Below are positions 42,469 through 52,924 of a stretch of DNA of 64,000 bases, piece by piece. The DNA is from an uncultured delta proteobacterium (GTDB taxonomy: Bacteria; Desulfobacterota; RBG-13-43-22), in NCBI GenBank assembly GCA_963802945.1, contig CAWDKY010000014.1:1-64000 (forward strand), in the 5' to 3' direction. The position numbers and the translations under genes are program-made. Within the stretch, counting starts at the first letter, position 1. Every line of letters begins with the position of its first letter. The notes under the pieces were generated by a model. The model was not told where the DNA came from and searched no databases. It saw nothing but the letters and a program-made list of their open reading frames with translations.

Positions 42469-42550
42469 TAATCCTTATTTATAAATATAAAAAAATAGCC
42501 CGATGTAATGATGTTACGAACTTCTTCAAAAGAAAGGAGGTTATTCCATT

Positions 42551-43204
42551 ATGTTCTGCTCAAATTGCGGCACAAGGATTGAAGAGGAGGTGAAATTTTG
42601 CCCTAATTGTGGCAATGGAATCGGCAGCAGCGGACTTCAAACAACTAAATCCTCTTATGGTGTGGTTGACGCTGATAGCCCGTTTAGAATTCAAGGGGAA
42701 AAAAGGGAAAAATTCTCTTCAAGCCCGGCTGCCATCAGCGATATGGATAAATTGAATCTTTTTCTTTTGGTAGGGGGTCTCTGTTATTTTATCGGGTTTT
42801 TTCTGTCCTGGGTAGAGGTTATGTCGGCTCCCCTTTCAGGTTTGGATATAATCAAAACATCTTCTGGACTATATCAGGTTTTGTCTTTGGTTCTTTTATT
42901 TTTCCCTATTGGCGGAGGATTTATTATCTATTATTTTTTTACAAAGAATCCCCGCCTAAGAAGACTATCGTATCTTAGCTGGATCATTCCTATATTATGT
43001 ATCATTATAATTATAATATTAATTATAATAGCCACGGCCTTTCCGGAGGATTTCGATATAAAATCAGCATTTGAAATGATGATGGGGCAAAAGTTTAGCG
43101 ATTTTTTCAGTATCTTTGAGTTTATTGGCCTTGGTATATACGTGATCATTGCAGGAATGATTTGCCTCATGATAGGAACTGGTAAAAAGAGGCCTTCTTT
43201 CTGA
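42551..43204 (+). CDS. Zinc-ribbon domain membrane protein
   Basis: FCSNCG...FCPNCG, then ~4 TM helices; RBS AGGAGG. Confidence 0.82.
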   Translation: MFCSNCGTRIEEEVKFCPNCGNGIGSSGLQTTKSSYGVVDADSPFRIQGEKREKFSSSPAAISDMDKLNLFLLVGGLCYFIGFFLSWVEVMSAPLSGLDIIKTSSGLYQVLSLVLLFFPIGGGFIIYYFFTKNPRLRRLSYLSWIIPILCIIIIIILIIIATAFPEDFDIKSAFEMMMGQKFSDFFSIFEFIGLGIYVIIAGMICLMIGTGKKRPSF

Positions 43205-43577
43205 AACGGGTCATGGTTTGAAGTCAAATACTTTTAAGCAGAATGACCGGCCTAGGCAAAAATCACTAACGATAGCTAATAAAGGATGATTTCCCAATAG
43301 GGTCTGACAAAACATTACCTTGGAATAATGAATCCGTTGTGAAAAGGGGTCTAGTCTGCTCTTGACTATTTGTGGAAAATTGGACCCCATTTTCTTTTTC
43401 CCATAATTGATAAACGCTCAACCCCGACTTTTTTCTTTTAAGCCTATTTTTAACCTGGGACTTTGTCCTTTTTCCTTTATCTCTCCTGCCTCAGTTCTCC
43501 CATGGTTCGGCCTTTCCGCCCTTTGGTTTGGTCGCTGAACGACGAAGGATGAACACCAAACGTCTTTTACTTTTCCC

Positions 43578-43695
43578 TTGACTTACCCCCTTCCCCCCTT
43601 TATTTATTTATAATATCTTTAGCTTTTTTTATTTTCGTCGAAGGCCGAACGTTTTTTACAGCCTTTCCCACTTATTTGTGAGGTTAATATTTCTT
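43578..43695 (+). repeat. Third (partial) copy of promoter-like element
   Basis: TTGACT-17-TATTTA, ATATCTTTAGC, TTTTCGTCGAAGGCCGAACGTTTTT, GTGAGGTTAATATTTC. Confidence 0.65.
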
Positions 43696-43722
43696 TTTTA
43701 TTTTCTAACAGGAGGACAGGCT

Positions 43723-44241
43723 ATGAAAGAAACACCCGATTATGAAAAGTATCCGGTCAGTGAAGAGGAAATGGGTAAACGGTATAAGAACTGGACAGAG
43801 ACTTTGGCCCGGCAGATGGTTGTCTTATTTCGAGTCGGAAAAGAGGTCGGCGGGGAGAAATTTATTGAGCGTCTGAAAGAAGAGTATTACAAAGACGGCC
43901 AGAAAGGCGCCAAGATGTGGATGCGCATGACGGGAACCACCCCGGAAGATTTTCACGACTGTATGGCCCTGCCCAAGGTGCACGACTTGATCGACGATAC
44001 TTATGCCAATTATTGGGACGGGTATGTCCAGCATACGCCAAAAGCCTTTGAGAAAGAACTCAAAACCTGCCCGGTGGCGAAGACTTGGTCCAGGGAACCG
44101 GATATATGCGGCATCCTGTTGGGGTCATCGATGAAGGGCATGGCAGAGTCGCTGAATCCGAAGTTCAAGGCCAGCGGCTTTACGAAATTGCTGCCCAAAG
44201 GGGACAATTGCTGCCGGTTCTGCATTTCATTGGAAGATTAG
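43723..44241 (+). CDS. L-2-amino-thiazoline-4-carboxylate hydrolase-like (V4R-type) protein
   Basis: RBS GGAGG before ATG 43723; CPVAKTW...C...LNP...LPKGDNCCRF. Confidence 0.65.
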   Translation: MKETPDYEKYPVSEEEMGKRYKNWTETLARQMVVLFRVGKEVGGEKFIERLKEEYYKDGQKGAKMWMRMTGTTPEDFHDCMALPKVHDLIDDTYANYWDGYVQHTPKAFEKELKTCPVAKTWSREPDICGILLGSSMKGMAESLNPKFKASGFTKLLPKGDNCCRFCISLED

Positions 44242-44293
44242 TGAAGTGGCAGGAAGCCACGTTTTACATCATGAAACTTAGGAGGGAATAGAA

Positions 44294-45274
44294 ATGGCAA
44301 AGATCAATACCGTCCTTGGCCCGATTGATCCAGAGTCCCTGGGTCTCACCTTAGCCCACGAGCATATTATTGCCGGATATCCCGGATGGGAGTGCGATCC
44401 GTTGTCCAGGCCCTATAATCGGGAAAAAATTGTTAACGTTTGTCTGAGAAATCTCGAATCGGTGAAGGCCTATGGTGTCAATGCCATTGTTGATGCCACG
44501 CCTCTCGATCTGTCCAGGGATGTCGATGTGATGAGGGATGTTTCAGAAAGACTCCAGGTTCATATCGTCTGTTCCACAGGCCGGTATACGGAAAATGAGG
44601 GCAAATGGATCTATCTTCGGCAGAGAGAGAGAAGCAAAATCGGCGAGATGAAGACCGAGCTCTATGAAGGCTTTATGCAGGAACTGACTTGCGGCATTGG
44701 TCAAAGCGGTATCAGGCCGGGTGTCATTAAGGTAGCGTCGGGATTGAATTGTATCTCGCTGTGCGAGGAAGCAACGCTGAGGGCGGCGGCTCAAGCCAGC
44801 AAAGAAACTGGTGCGCCCATTATGACCCACACCGAAGGTGGAACGATGGGACCGGAGCAGGCCGATCTGCTTATTGGTGAAGGCGTGAGTCCGCAAAAGA
44901 TCATGATTGGCCATATGTGCGGCAATCCTTCCTTGGCCTATCAGATGGAGGTGTTGGGCAGAGGGGTCTACATGGCCTTCGATCGGTTCGGTATCGAGAT
45001 GTTTGTTCCGGATCAGGTACGCATCGCCGTACTGATCGGTCTGTTGGGGATGGGCTATGCCGACCGCATCATGATGTCCCAAGATTTCACGGCTTGCGGC
45101 TATGGCCGGGGCGGCAGGCTGCCTGCAGAAGAGGCCAAAAAAGTTGGCGTTAACTGGTCCTTTACGAATATCTTTCGCAACATCATACCGGCCCTCAAGA
45201 AGGCTGGCATAAGCAGTGACCAGATCAAAACCATGACGATTGACAATCCAAGGCGCTTTTTGAGCGGCCTTTAG
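44294..45274 (+). CDS. Phosphotriesterase-family metallohydrolase
   Basis: GLTLAHEHI, IVDATP, GVIK, IMTHT, IGH, FDRFG, MSQD, DNPRR. Confidence 0.9.
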   Translation: MAKINTVLGPIDPESLGLTLAHEHIIAGYPGWECDPLSRPYNREKIVNVCLRNLESVKAYGVNAIVDATPLDLSRDVDVMRDVSERLQVHIVCSTGRYTENEGKWIYLRQRERSKIGEMKTELYEGFMQELTCGIGQSGIRPGVIKVASGLNCISLCEEATLRAAAQASKETGAPIMTHTEGGTMGPEQADLLIGEGVSPQKIMIGHMCGNPSLAYQMEVLGRGVYMAFDRFGIEMFVPDQVRIAVLIGLLGMGYADRIMMSQDFTACGYGRGGRLPAEEAKKVGVNWSFTNIFRNIIPALKKAGISSDQIKTMTIDNPRRFLSGL

Positions 45275-45436
45275 AGGACCCATTACCCGTTTTAAAGCAT
45301 TGGGTTAACAATTGTTGTGGATTTCTAAGTGAGGAATTTATGGTAACACCTTAGTAAATATGCTACGTCTTCCTTTTGAATTTTACTGTTCAATGAAATA
45401 GGGATAAATAGTCAGATCAAAGAAGAGGCACATCCT

Positions 45437-45745
45437 ATGAGGAAATGTAAGATTACGGTATTGGAAACCCAATTTAACGAAAAGCTTGCCAAAGAGTATG
45501 GCGTCGAAAATATTGGCCCATGCCCATTCCATAAAGTTGGGCAGATTTTTGAGGCGGGTTATGCAAAACCCGAGGGCTTTTGCGACGAAGCCTGGAAAGC
45601 GGTATCGCATTACGTATTCGCCCTGGTGCATGGCGCTCAGGGTACATTCTACGGCAATCGTTGGGTGCGGCAGGAAGGCGTCTCCATCAATAGTTGTAAT
45701 GACGGGCTCCGCCCCGTTATTTTCAAACTCGAGCGGGCCGATTAA
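45437..45745 (+). CDS. TIGR04076-family protein
   Basis: KITV, GPCP, KPEGFCDEAW, SCNDGLRPVIFKLER. Confidence 0.85.
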   Translation: MRKCKITVLETQFNEKLAKEYGVENIGPCPFHKVGQIFEAGYAKPEGFCDEAWKAVSHYVFALVHGAQGTFYGNRWVRQEGVSINSCNDGLRPVIFKLERAD

Positions 45746-46084
45746 GAAAAAGGATATTAACAGGTGCTGAAAAAAGACTCATCGATGGATTCCAAAAATG
45801 GAGATTGATAATAAAATATTTTAAAGGAAAGAGGAAAAGAGAAATGAGCTCAATTAAATCCAATGGCGAAGAGTTCCGCGAACCAGACTTTGTTTAATAA
45901 TTTCGCATTTGCGGGGAACCCGCTGCCCGCAGGAAGAAAAATATCCCCAAGTGGTTATGACGATAAGCTTTATACCCACCCCACACCCCGTGTCGTAAAA
46001 GACTGATTGATTTAATTATTTTCCCCATGATATAATCCATACAATTTAGTCTTGGTAAGATAAAAGAGACTACTGGAATGCACT

Positions 46085-48098
46085 ATGAAAATTTTCAGTG
46101 GATTGACGAATAAATTATTTAAATTAAATTTGCAAAACCGTATCGTCGTGGGATCCATGATCGCCACGCTGCTGACCGGTTTCGTGGCCACCTTCATAGG
46201 GATATGGACGATCAACAAAAGTACCATAGACGAGGTAAAAAACAGGGTCCGGCAGGACATCAATACGGCAAAATTGATCTATAACCAGACTCTGGATAAG
46301 ATCGCCACCCGTATTCTCTTCACAGCCGAAAGTTCGGATCTTCAGGCGATCATGGTCAACCACGAATACTCCAAGATGGCATTTTTGCGAGGCTTAATCC
46401 GGAATGAACAGAAGACTCCGATTCAAGGCGATGAAATATTCCTGGATATGGTCACGGTGATCGATGGGCGCGGGAACGTCCTCTATCGGGCGGCAAACCC
46501 GGGAGATCAGGGGAGACAATATGCTCTGGCTGCCGGTGGCAAAAAAATGTCTGGAAAACAAATCACCGCAATTATCCACCGAACTCCTGCCTATTAACAA
46601 GATCCTCAGGGAGAATCCGAGTCTCATTGATCGAGCCACCATGGAAATCATCAAAATACCACTCTCTTATGACACCCAAGAGAAACAATTGTCCGACGGT
46701 ATGGTGATGATGGCGGCCTATCCCCTCTTTGATAAGGATAATAAATTGATGGGGGCCATCATGGGGGGGGTTCTCCTGAATAAAGACAATACTATCGTGG
46801 ACAAAGTCAAAGAAACCGTATATCAGGGGGAAAAATACAAAGGCCGAGATATGGGTGTGGCCACGATATTTCAGGGTGGTGTTAGAATATCGACCAACGT
46901 CATGACCAAAGAAAACAAGAGGGCTATCGGCACGACCTTGTCCAAGGAGGTCTATGACCGGGTCATCGTACAGGGCCGAGATTGGGTGGGCAGGGCCTTT
47001 GTGGTCGATGACTGGTATATCACCACTTACACTCCGATTTACAATATGAATAAGAATCTCATTGGGGTCCTCTATGTCGGTCTGTTGGAGTCCAAATACA
47101 GGGATATCCGCTGGAATATGATATGGATCAACACCAGTATCACCGGTCTGGCCGTGGTGATTGCCTTTATCATTTCTGTTTTCCTGACTAATACGATCGT
47201 CAAAAGGATACGTATATTGAAGGAAGCCGCGGAAGCTATCGCTGCCGGTAATTTAGACTATCAACTGCCTCCCGATAAAATCTCCGGATTCGACATGCTG
47301 GATGAGGCCTTCAATTTTATGTCCAAGTCCTTGAAAGACCAGAATGAAAAGCTGCACAAGGCCTACCTTCAACTGGCCGGAACAGAAAAATTGACCGCCC
47401 TGGGTGAAATGGCCTCGGGGGTCGCCCATGAAGTCAACAACCCCCTCGGGGGGATCCTCCTTTACAGCAATCTCGTTCTCGAAGATATTCCGGAGGATTC
47501 CCCGGCCCGGGAAAACATGCAGAAAATCATCTACCAGACCAACCGTTGCAAAGAAATCGTTCAGAGCCTCCTTGACTTTGCCAGGACACCTACCGGCGAT
47601 ATGGTGCCTCTCAAGATCAATAATGTCGTCAATACTTCTCTTAATCTTATCAAGCAGCAGGCCATGTTCCACGGCATTGAAATTAAGACCAGTCTGTCAG
47701 AGAATCTTCCGGAAATCATCGGGGACAGGGCCAGGTTGGAGGAGGTTTTTCTAAATCTTTTCATCAATGCCGCCGATGCCATGAACGGCAAAGGGTTGCT
47801 GACCATAAAGACAAAACTTACCTCCAATAATTCAATAAAAGTTTTGGTAACGGATACCGGTGAAGGGATAGACAAGGAACACCTTCAGCATATATTCGAA
47901 CCTTTCTTTACGACCAAAGAACCCGGTAAGGGAACAGGCCTGGGACTTTCCATCGTCTACGGCATCATCAAAAAGCATAACGGTCTCATCGAAGCGGAGA
48001 GCGAACCCGGAAAGGGCACGACCTTTATCATTTCCCTTCCCTCCTATATCAGCAAACTCACCGGGCTGGATGGGGATTTTTTTAGTCGATTTTTTTAA
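46085..48098 (+). CDS. Cache-HAMP sensor histidine kinase, frameshift near 46500
   Basis: TM, ATIFQGGVRISTNV (Cache), HAMP, AHEVNNPL, N-box, DTGEGI, FFTTK, GTGLGL. Confidence 0.88.
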
Positions 48099-48101
48099 TC
48101 T

Positions 48102-49462
48102 ATGAAAAAAGAAGAAAAGCAAATCCCGAAAAAGAAAATCCTCATCATCGATGATGAAGAATCCATACGCGACGGATGCACGCAGGTCTTGTCCCGGAAA
48201 GGCTTCCAGGTTGAAAGTACCGGCGATGCCCTTTTGGGGCAGGAGATGGCCCTCAAGAATATTTATGATGTCATCCTGCTGGACATCCGGATGCCCAAAA
48301 TGGATGGTTTGGAAATTCTCAAGAAGCTCAAAGTCGAAAAAAACATCTCGGCCAAAGTCATCATCATTACCGGTTATGGCAGCATACCGATGGCGGTCGA
48401 GGCGATGAGACAAGGCGCCTTCAATTTTCTCAGCAAGCCTTACTCGGCAGCGGCATCTGAGAGGGGCGGTTGAAGAGGCTTTGAGGCAGTTTGATGGGGG
48501 CGGAGTAGAAAAAGGACTTTCCGTATTAATCGGCAGCAGCGACTACATGAAAGAGCTCAAAGAATCCATTGGTAGAATTGCCCATACCGACAGCACCGTT
48601 CTCATTACCGGAGAGAGCGGGACAGGCAAGGAACTGGTCGCTCGCACCATCCACAACCTCAGCAAAAGGGGTGATCAGCCGTTTATTCCCGTTGACTGTT
48701 CTTCGCTGGTGGAGACCCTCATGGAAAGCGAACTTTTCGGACATGTCAAGGGGGCCTACAGCGGGGCCACCGAATCACGGGAGGGCCGCTTTCAGATGGC
48801 TGACAAGGGCACCTTGTTTTTAGATGAGATTTCCAACATCAACCTCAACATACAGGCCAAACTGCTTAGGGTGATCCAGGAGCAGGAAGTGCCCAAAGTT
48901 GGCCGATCGTCGCCCGAGAAGATCGATGTCAGGCTGATCACCGCCACCAATAAAGACATCAGATCGAAATTGATTCCGGCAGGTTCAGGGAGGATCTATT
49001 TTACAGGATTTCCGTTGTGCCGCTCCATATAAAGCCATTGTGTGAACATAAAGCCGATATTCTGCCTATTGCCCAGCATTACCTGGAGATATTCATTGCC
49101 AAGTACGAAAGCAGGTAAGAGGCTTCTCAGAAGAAGCCAAAAAATCCCTGGTCGCTTATCGCTGGCCGGGCAATGTCCGGGAGTTGAAGAATACCATAGA
49201 ACGCCTCTGTGTACTCTGCGACCATGAGGTCGTCGACCTTTCCGATATATTCTATTACGGTCAAAACGATCATAGCAAGGCCTCTGTTTTGGATTCTATG
49301 ACCGGCAGGATGACCCTGATCGATGTGGAAAAAGAACATATCGTCAAAGCCCTGCGCCACTTTCACTACCAGATCAACAAGACGGCTCAATTCCTGGGCA
49401 TTGACAGGAAGACCCTTCGGATAAAGATGCGTAATTACGGCATCAATATTGAGGAACCGTAA
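48102..49462 (+). CDS. sigma54-dependent response regulator (REC-AAA-Fis HTH), about three frameshifts (~48456, ~48968, ~49110)
   Basis: IIDDE/LLDIRMP receiver; GESGTGKE, ESELFGHVKGAYSGA, LFLDEI, RFREDLFYR, WPGNVREL, TAQFLGIDRKTL. Confidence 0.87.
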
Positions 49463-49906
49463 AACCGCCAATCCCTATGGCAGCAACATTATATTGATTT
49501 ACTACCGCATTAACTGCCTTTAAATCAAAAAAGAAATTTTTTATCCCACCCGGCCAGAAAAGTTAAGTTTGATTCGAGGCAGGCCGGGATGTCCCTCCGG
49601 TCCCCTAAGCCGATTTCGGGCATGGTGTCGGCCTGCTTTCAACATCAAGTTCATGTTGGGACCCGGCAAAGTCCCGCCTCTGGCGGGATTGGCTTATGGG
49701 TGGAGAGCTTAAAAAAACAAGACCCCCCGATGACCCTGACCTGGAATGTTAGAGTTAAATTCTCAGATCAGAGAGTGTAAGAACCCAATAAACCGATATT
49801 TTAATTCAGGGGGCTATCCGCCTCACCAACGGGGATTTTTACCCCTTATATATGGTTTTTTTGTCTTATCTATAAAAATCTTATTAAAATATCATGAGGT
49901 TACAAT

Positions 49907-49924
49907 CTGGCATCATCATTGCTT
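49907..49924 (+). promoter_or_regulatory. sigma54 promoter of response-regulator/hybrid-kinase pair
   Basis: CTGGCATCATCATTGCT: GG 49909-10, GC 49921-22; GGGG..CCCC boxes lie ~80-100 bp upstream. Confidence 0.72.
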
Positions 49925-49956
49925 ATATCTATTATTAAATAAAAAAATGGAGGTGA

Positions 49957-50352
49957 ATGACCATGGCAGCAAAGAAAAAAATTCTCTTAATCGACGATGA
50001 CAAAGATTTTCTCTTTGCCACCAAGCTTATCCTTGAAAAAGGTGGGTATGAGGTGTTTATGGCCGAAGACGGGAAAACCGGCGTGGAGATGTGGAAATCC
50101 GTATCTCCGGACTTGGCCATCATTGATATGATGATGGAGACCTGGGGTGAAGGATTCTCGGTACTGAATAAAATTCGGGCCACCGATACGGGAAAGAATA
50201 CACCGCTATTTATGTTGAGTGCCGTTGACCTCCAGGGCCCCTATCAGTCATTTGAAGCGCCCGAGAATTTTCCCAAGGTAAACAAGGTGCTGCATAAACC
50301 CGTGAAGGCGGAAGACCTTCTCCGGTTCATTGCCCATGAACTGGGTGCCTAG
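49957..50352 (+). CDS. Single-domain response regulator
   Basis: LLIDDD, IIDMMM, MLSA, HKP. Confidence 0.88.
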   Translation: MTMAAKKKILLIDDDKDFLFATKLILEKGGYEVFMAEDGKTGVEMWKSVSPDLAIIDMMMETWGEGFSVLNKIRATDTGKNTPLFMLSAVDLQGPYQSFEAPENFPKVNKVLHKPVKAEDLLRFIAHELGA

Positions 50353-50359
50353 TGATGCG

Positions 50360-51486
50360 ATGAAAAATGAAAAGCCGCTGATTTTAATAATCGATGATGA
50401 GGAATCCTTACGGGACGGGTGCAGGCAGTCGCTGGAAAAATCCGGATATTCCGTTATAACCACCGGGGAGGGAGTTGAAGGCATCAAGATCGCCCGGGAG
50501 AATAAACCGGAAATTGCCTTTGTGGATCTCAAGATGCCGGGTATCTCGGGGATGGAAATCATTGATATCCTGTCTAAAGAGATCCCCGACATCGTACTGA
50601 TTATGATCACCGGATACGCGACGATTTTATCCGCAGTGGAAGCCATACAGAAAGGGGCCTACGATTACCTTCCCAAACCCTTCAGCCCGGATCAATTGAG
50701 GAGCGTCGCCAGGCGAGGCCTCGATCATCGCACACTCAAGATGGAAACCAGAAGACTGAGGGAAGAAAAGGAGCAGATGGAGAAAATCTTCATCACCTTT
50801 GTCAGCCACGAAATGCGTTCCCCCCTCGTCGTTATTCGACAATATATCGAATCCCTGAAAGCCATTGCCGGTGATCGCTTTGATAAAGACGTCACCGAGA
50901 TCATAGAAAGGTGCGGCATACGCATCCAAGGTCTTGAAGAACTCATTGAACACTGGCTGGATATAGCCGGATAGAAGCCGGTACCTTTGTTCAAAAGAAA
51001 GAGACCCTAAGCTTGTCTCACATTCTGGCCAGGATTGAAGAAGAAATGAACCCCGTTTGTAAGGCGAAAGGAATTGGTCTGGAAATCAATGTGCCGGATA
51101 AGCTGCTGGATATCATCGGGGACGAGGAAAGCCTGGTGCGAGTGTTTACCAATATCATAGGCAATGCAACCAAATACACTCCCCAGGGCGGGAAAATAAC
51201 CATATCAGCTCAGAGAGAAGACTATTTCATCACCGTTAGTATAGCAGACTCCGGGAGCGGCATTCCCCAGGATAAGCTTCCCTTTATCTTCGAACCTTTT
51301 TTCAGGGTGAAGGGTAAGGATGAACGCCAGGAAGGCTCCGGTCTCGGCCTTACCTTCTGTAAAAAAATTATGGAATCTCATGGAGGGGAAATCTCGGCCG
51401 CCTCAAAGGAAGGAGAAGGCACAACATTCATGCTGAAGATCCCTGCTCGTTTGTCCGCAACGGGAGTTTCTCAAACGTCTTCTTAA
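50360..51486 (+). CDS. Hybrid receiver-histidine kinase, frameshift near 50970
   Basis: IIDDE, VDLKMPG, ITGYA, PKP; VSHEMRSPL; NIIGNATKYT, DSGSGI, GSGLGL. Confidence 0.86.
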
Positions 51487-51689
51487 GCTAAAGGATGTGC
51501 ATAAAAACTTAAATGGCCTTCATGATGATATTGGCTGGTGTAATGCGGGTGAGCCGAAGCCTTGAACACTTTGAAGGGGAAGAAAAACATTAGGGTTCCC
51601 TTTTTCAAGGGAATGATGTTATAATTGTCAAGGTTCGCCTGCACTAAGGGGCATGGTGATTAATATTATAATTTACACGATATTAAACT

Positions 51690-51896
51690 ATGCAGTACGA
51701 TGACGAAAATTCTTACAGGTTTCACGAGAAAGACGCCCCTGACCGGTGTTTCATTTGTAAGGAAGTGATTCCGGAACTTATGGTCTTTCGCCACATCGAA
51801 AGCATGATGCTGGTTCACATCTGCCGGGACTGCATCTATGAAAATATCGCCGATTATCTCCTGGATAATACCAGACCCTGGACCGGAGATAAGTAG
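51690..51896 (+). CDS. Small hypothetical protein with CxxC...CxxC
   Basis: RCFICK...HICRDC, 68 aa. Confidence 0.55.
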   Translation: MQYDDENSYRFHEKDAPDRCFICKEVIPELMVFRHIESMMLVHICRDCIYENIADYLLDNTRPWTGDK

Positions 51897-52250
51897 ATAT
51901 TCGGGTAATTACGTTTGACCCAAGAATGAAAAATTTCAAGATTCTCCCCCCTGGTTTAAAATTAAGCGGTTTTTAGGGTAGCTCTTCTCAGCGGGATTAG
52001 GTGGTCCAAATCCTCAGCCTCGATTTTTCTCATCTTTATACCCTCTCCAGACGTTTGGTGATCTCAGTGAGCGCCTCTCTCGAAGGCCGCTCCTTAAAAG
52101 GTTTGATAGATCGTATCCTATAAGCCTGGCCTTACATCAGACTCGATTGGACTATAGGATATAACTATAGGATATAACTTGCCCCTATTGGAGAGATATG
52201 CTACTATTCCCAAAAAGATTATTATGGCAGAAATTTTAAAGGGGGAAATC

Positions 52251-52679
52251 ATGGCTTCGGTAAATAAGGTTATTTTGATCGGAAACCTCGGGGCTGATCC
52301 GGAACTGCGTTATACGGCCACAGGAACGGCAGTAGCCAATTTTAACCTGGCCACCCGGGATAACTGGACCAGTAAAGACGGGAACAAGGAAGAACGTACC
52401 GAATGGCATCGGATCGTAGCCTGGGGACGTTTAGGGGAAATCTGCGGTGAGTATCTGGTCAAAGGCAAGCAGGTTTATATCGAAGGCAAGCTGCGCACCC
52501 GAAGCTGGGAAGACCGGGACGGGAATAAACGCTATACCACCGAAGTCCTGGCCCAGACCATGCAGATGTTGGGACCGGCCGGGGAACGGGTTTCTTCTGA
52601 AAGGGAAGTAGGAAACAAAGATTTCGGCAGCGAACCGCAGGGTGGAGGGCCCTTTCCCGAAGAGGACATTCCTTTTTAA
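52251..52679 (+). CDS. ssb: Single-stranded DNA-binding protein
   Basis: [38 protein letters not shown]-terminal EDIPF; start at 52251 after GGGGG. Confidence 0.97.
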   Translation: MASVNKVILIGNLGADPELRYTATGTAVANFNLATRDNWTSKDGNKEERTEWHRIVAWGRLGEICGEYLVKGKQVYIEGKLRTRSWEDRDGNKRYTTEVLAQTMQMLGPAGERVSSEREVGNKDFGSEPQGGGPFPEEDIPF

Positions 52680-52787
52680 TACCAAGAACAGCTAAATGCT
52701 GAAAGATCAAAGCAGGAAATATAAAGTTCAGGGAATCCTTTTTTCATGATTCGTGGCCTCCTGCCCCAAGCGGGGCATGAAGGTTGA

Positions 52788-52892
52788 GTTCGAAAATACG
52801 AATAATGAATTTCGAACACCGAATTTCGAATCATGAACGGATTGGTTTCTTTCTGTCTTCGATTCAATATTCGTAATTCGATATTCGACGTT
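52788..52892. repeat. Inverted heptamer-repeat element between convergent ssb and hemA
   Basis: CGAATAATGAATTTCGAACACCGAATTTCGAATCATGAA ... TTCGATTCAATATTCGTAATTCGATATTCG. Confidence 0.7.
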
Positions 52893-52924
52893 TTCCTGCT
52901 TCGTGGCGCTCCCCGGGGCATGTT

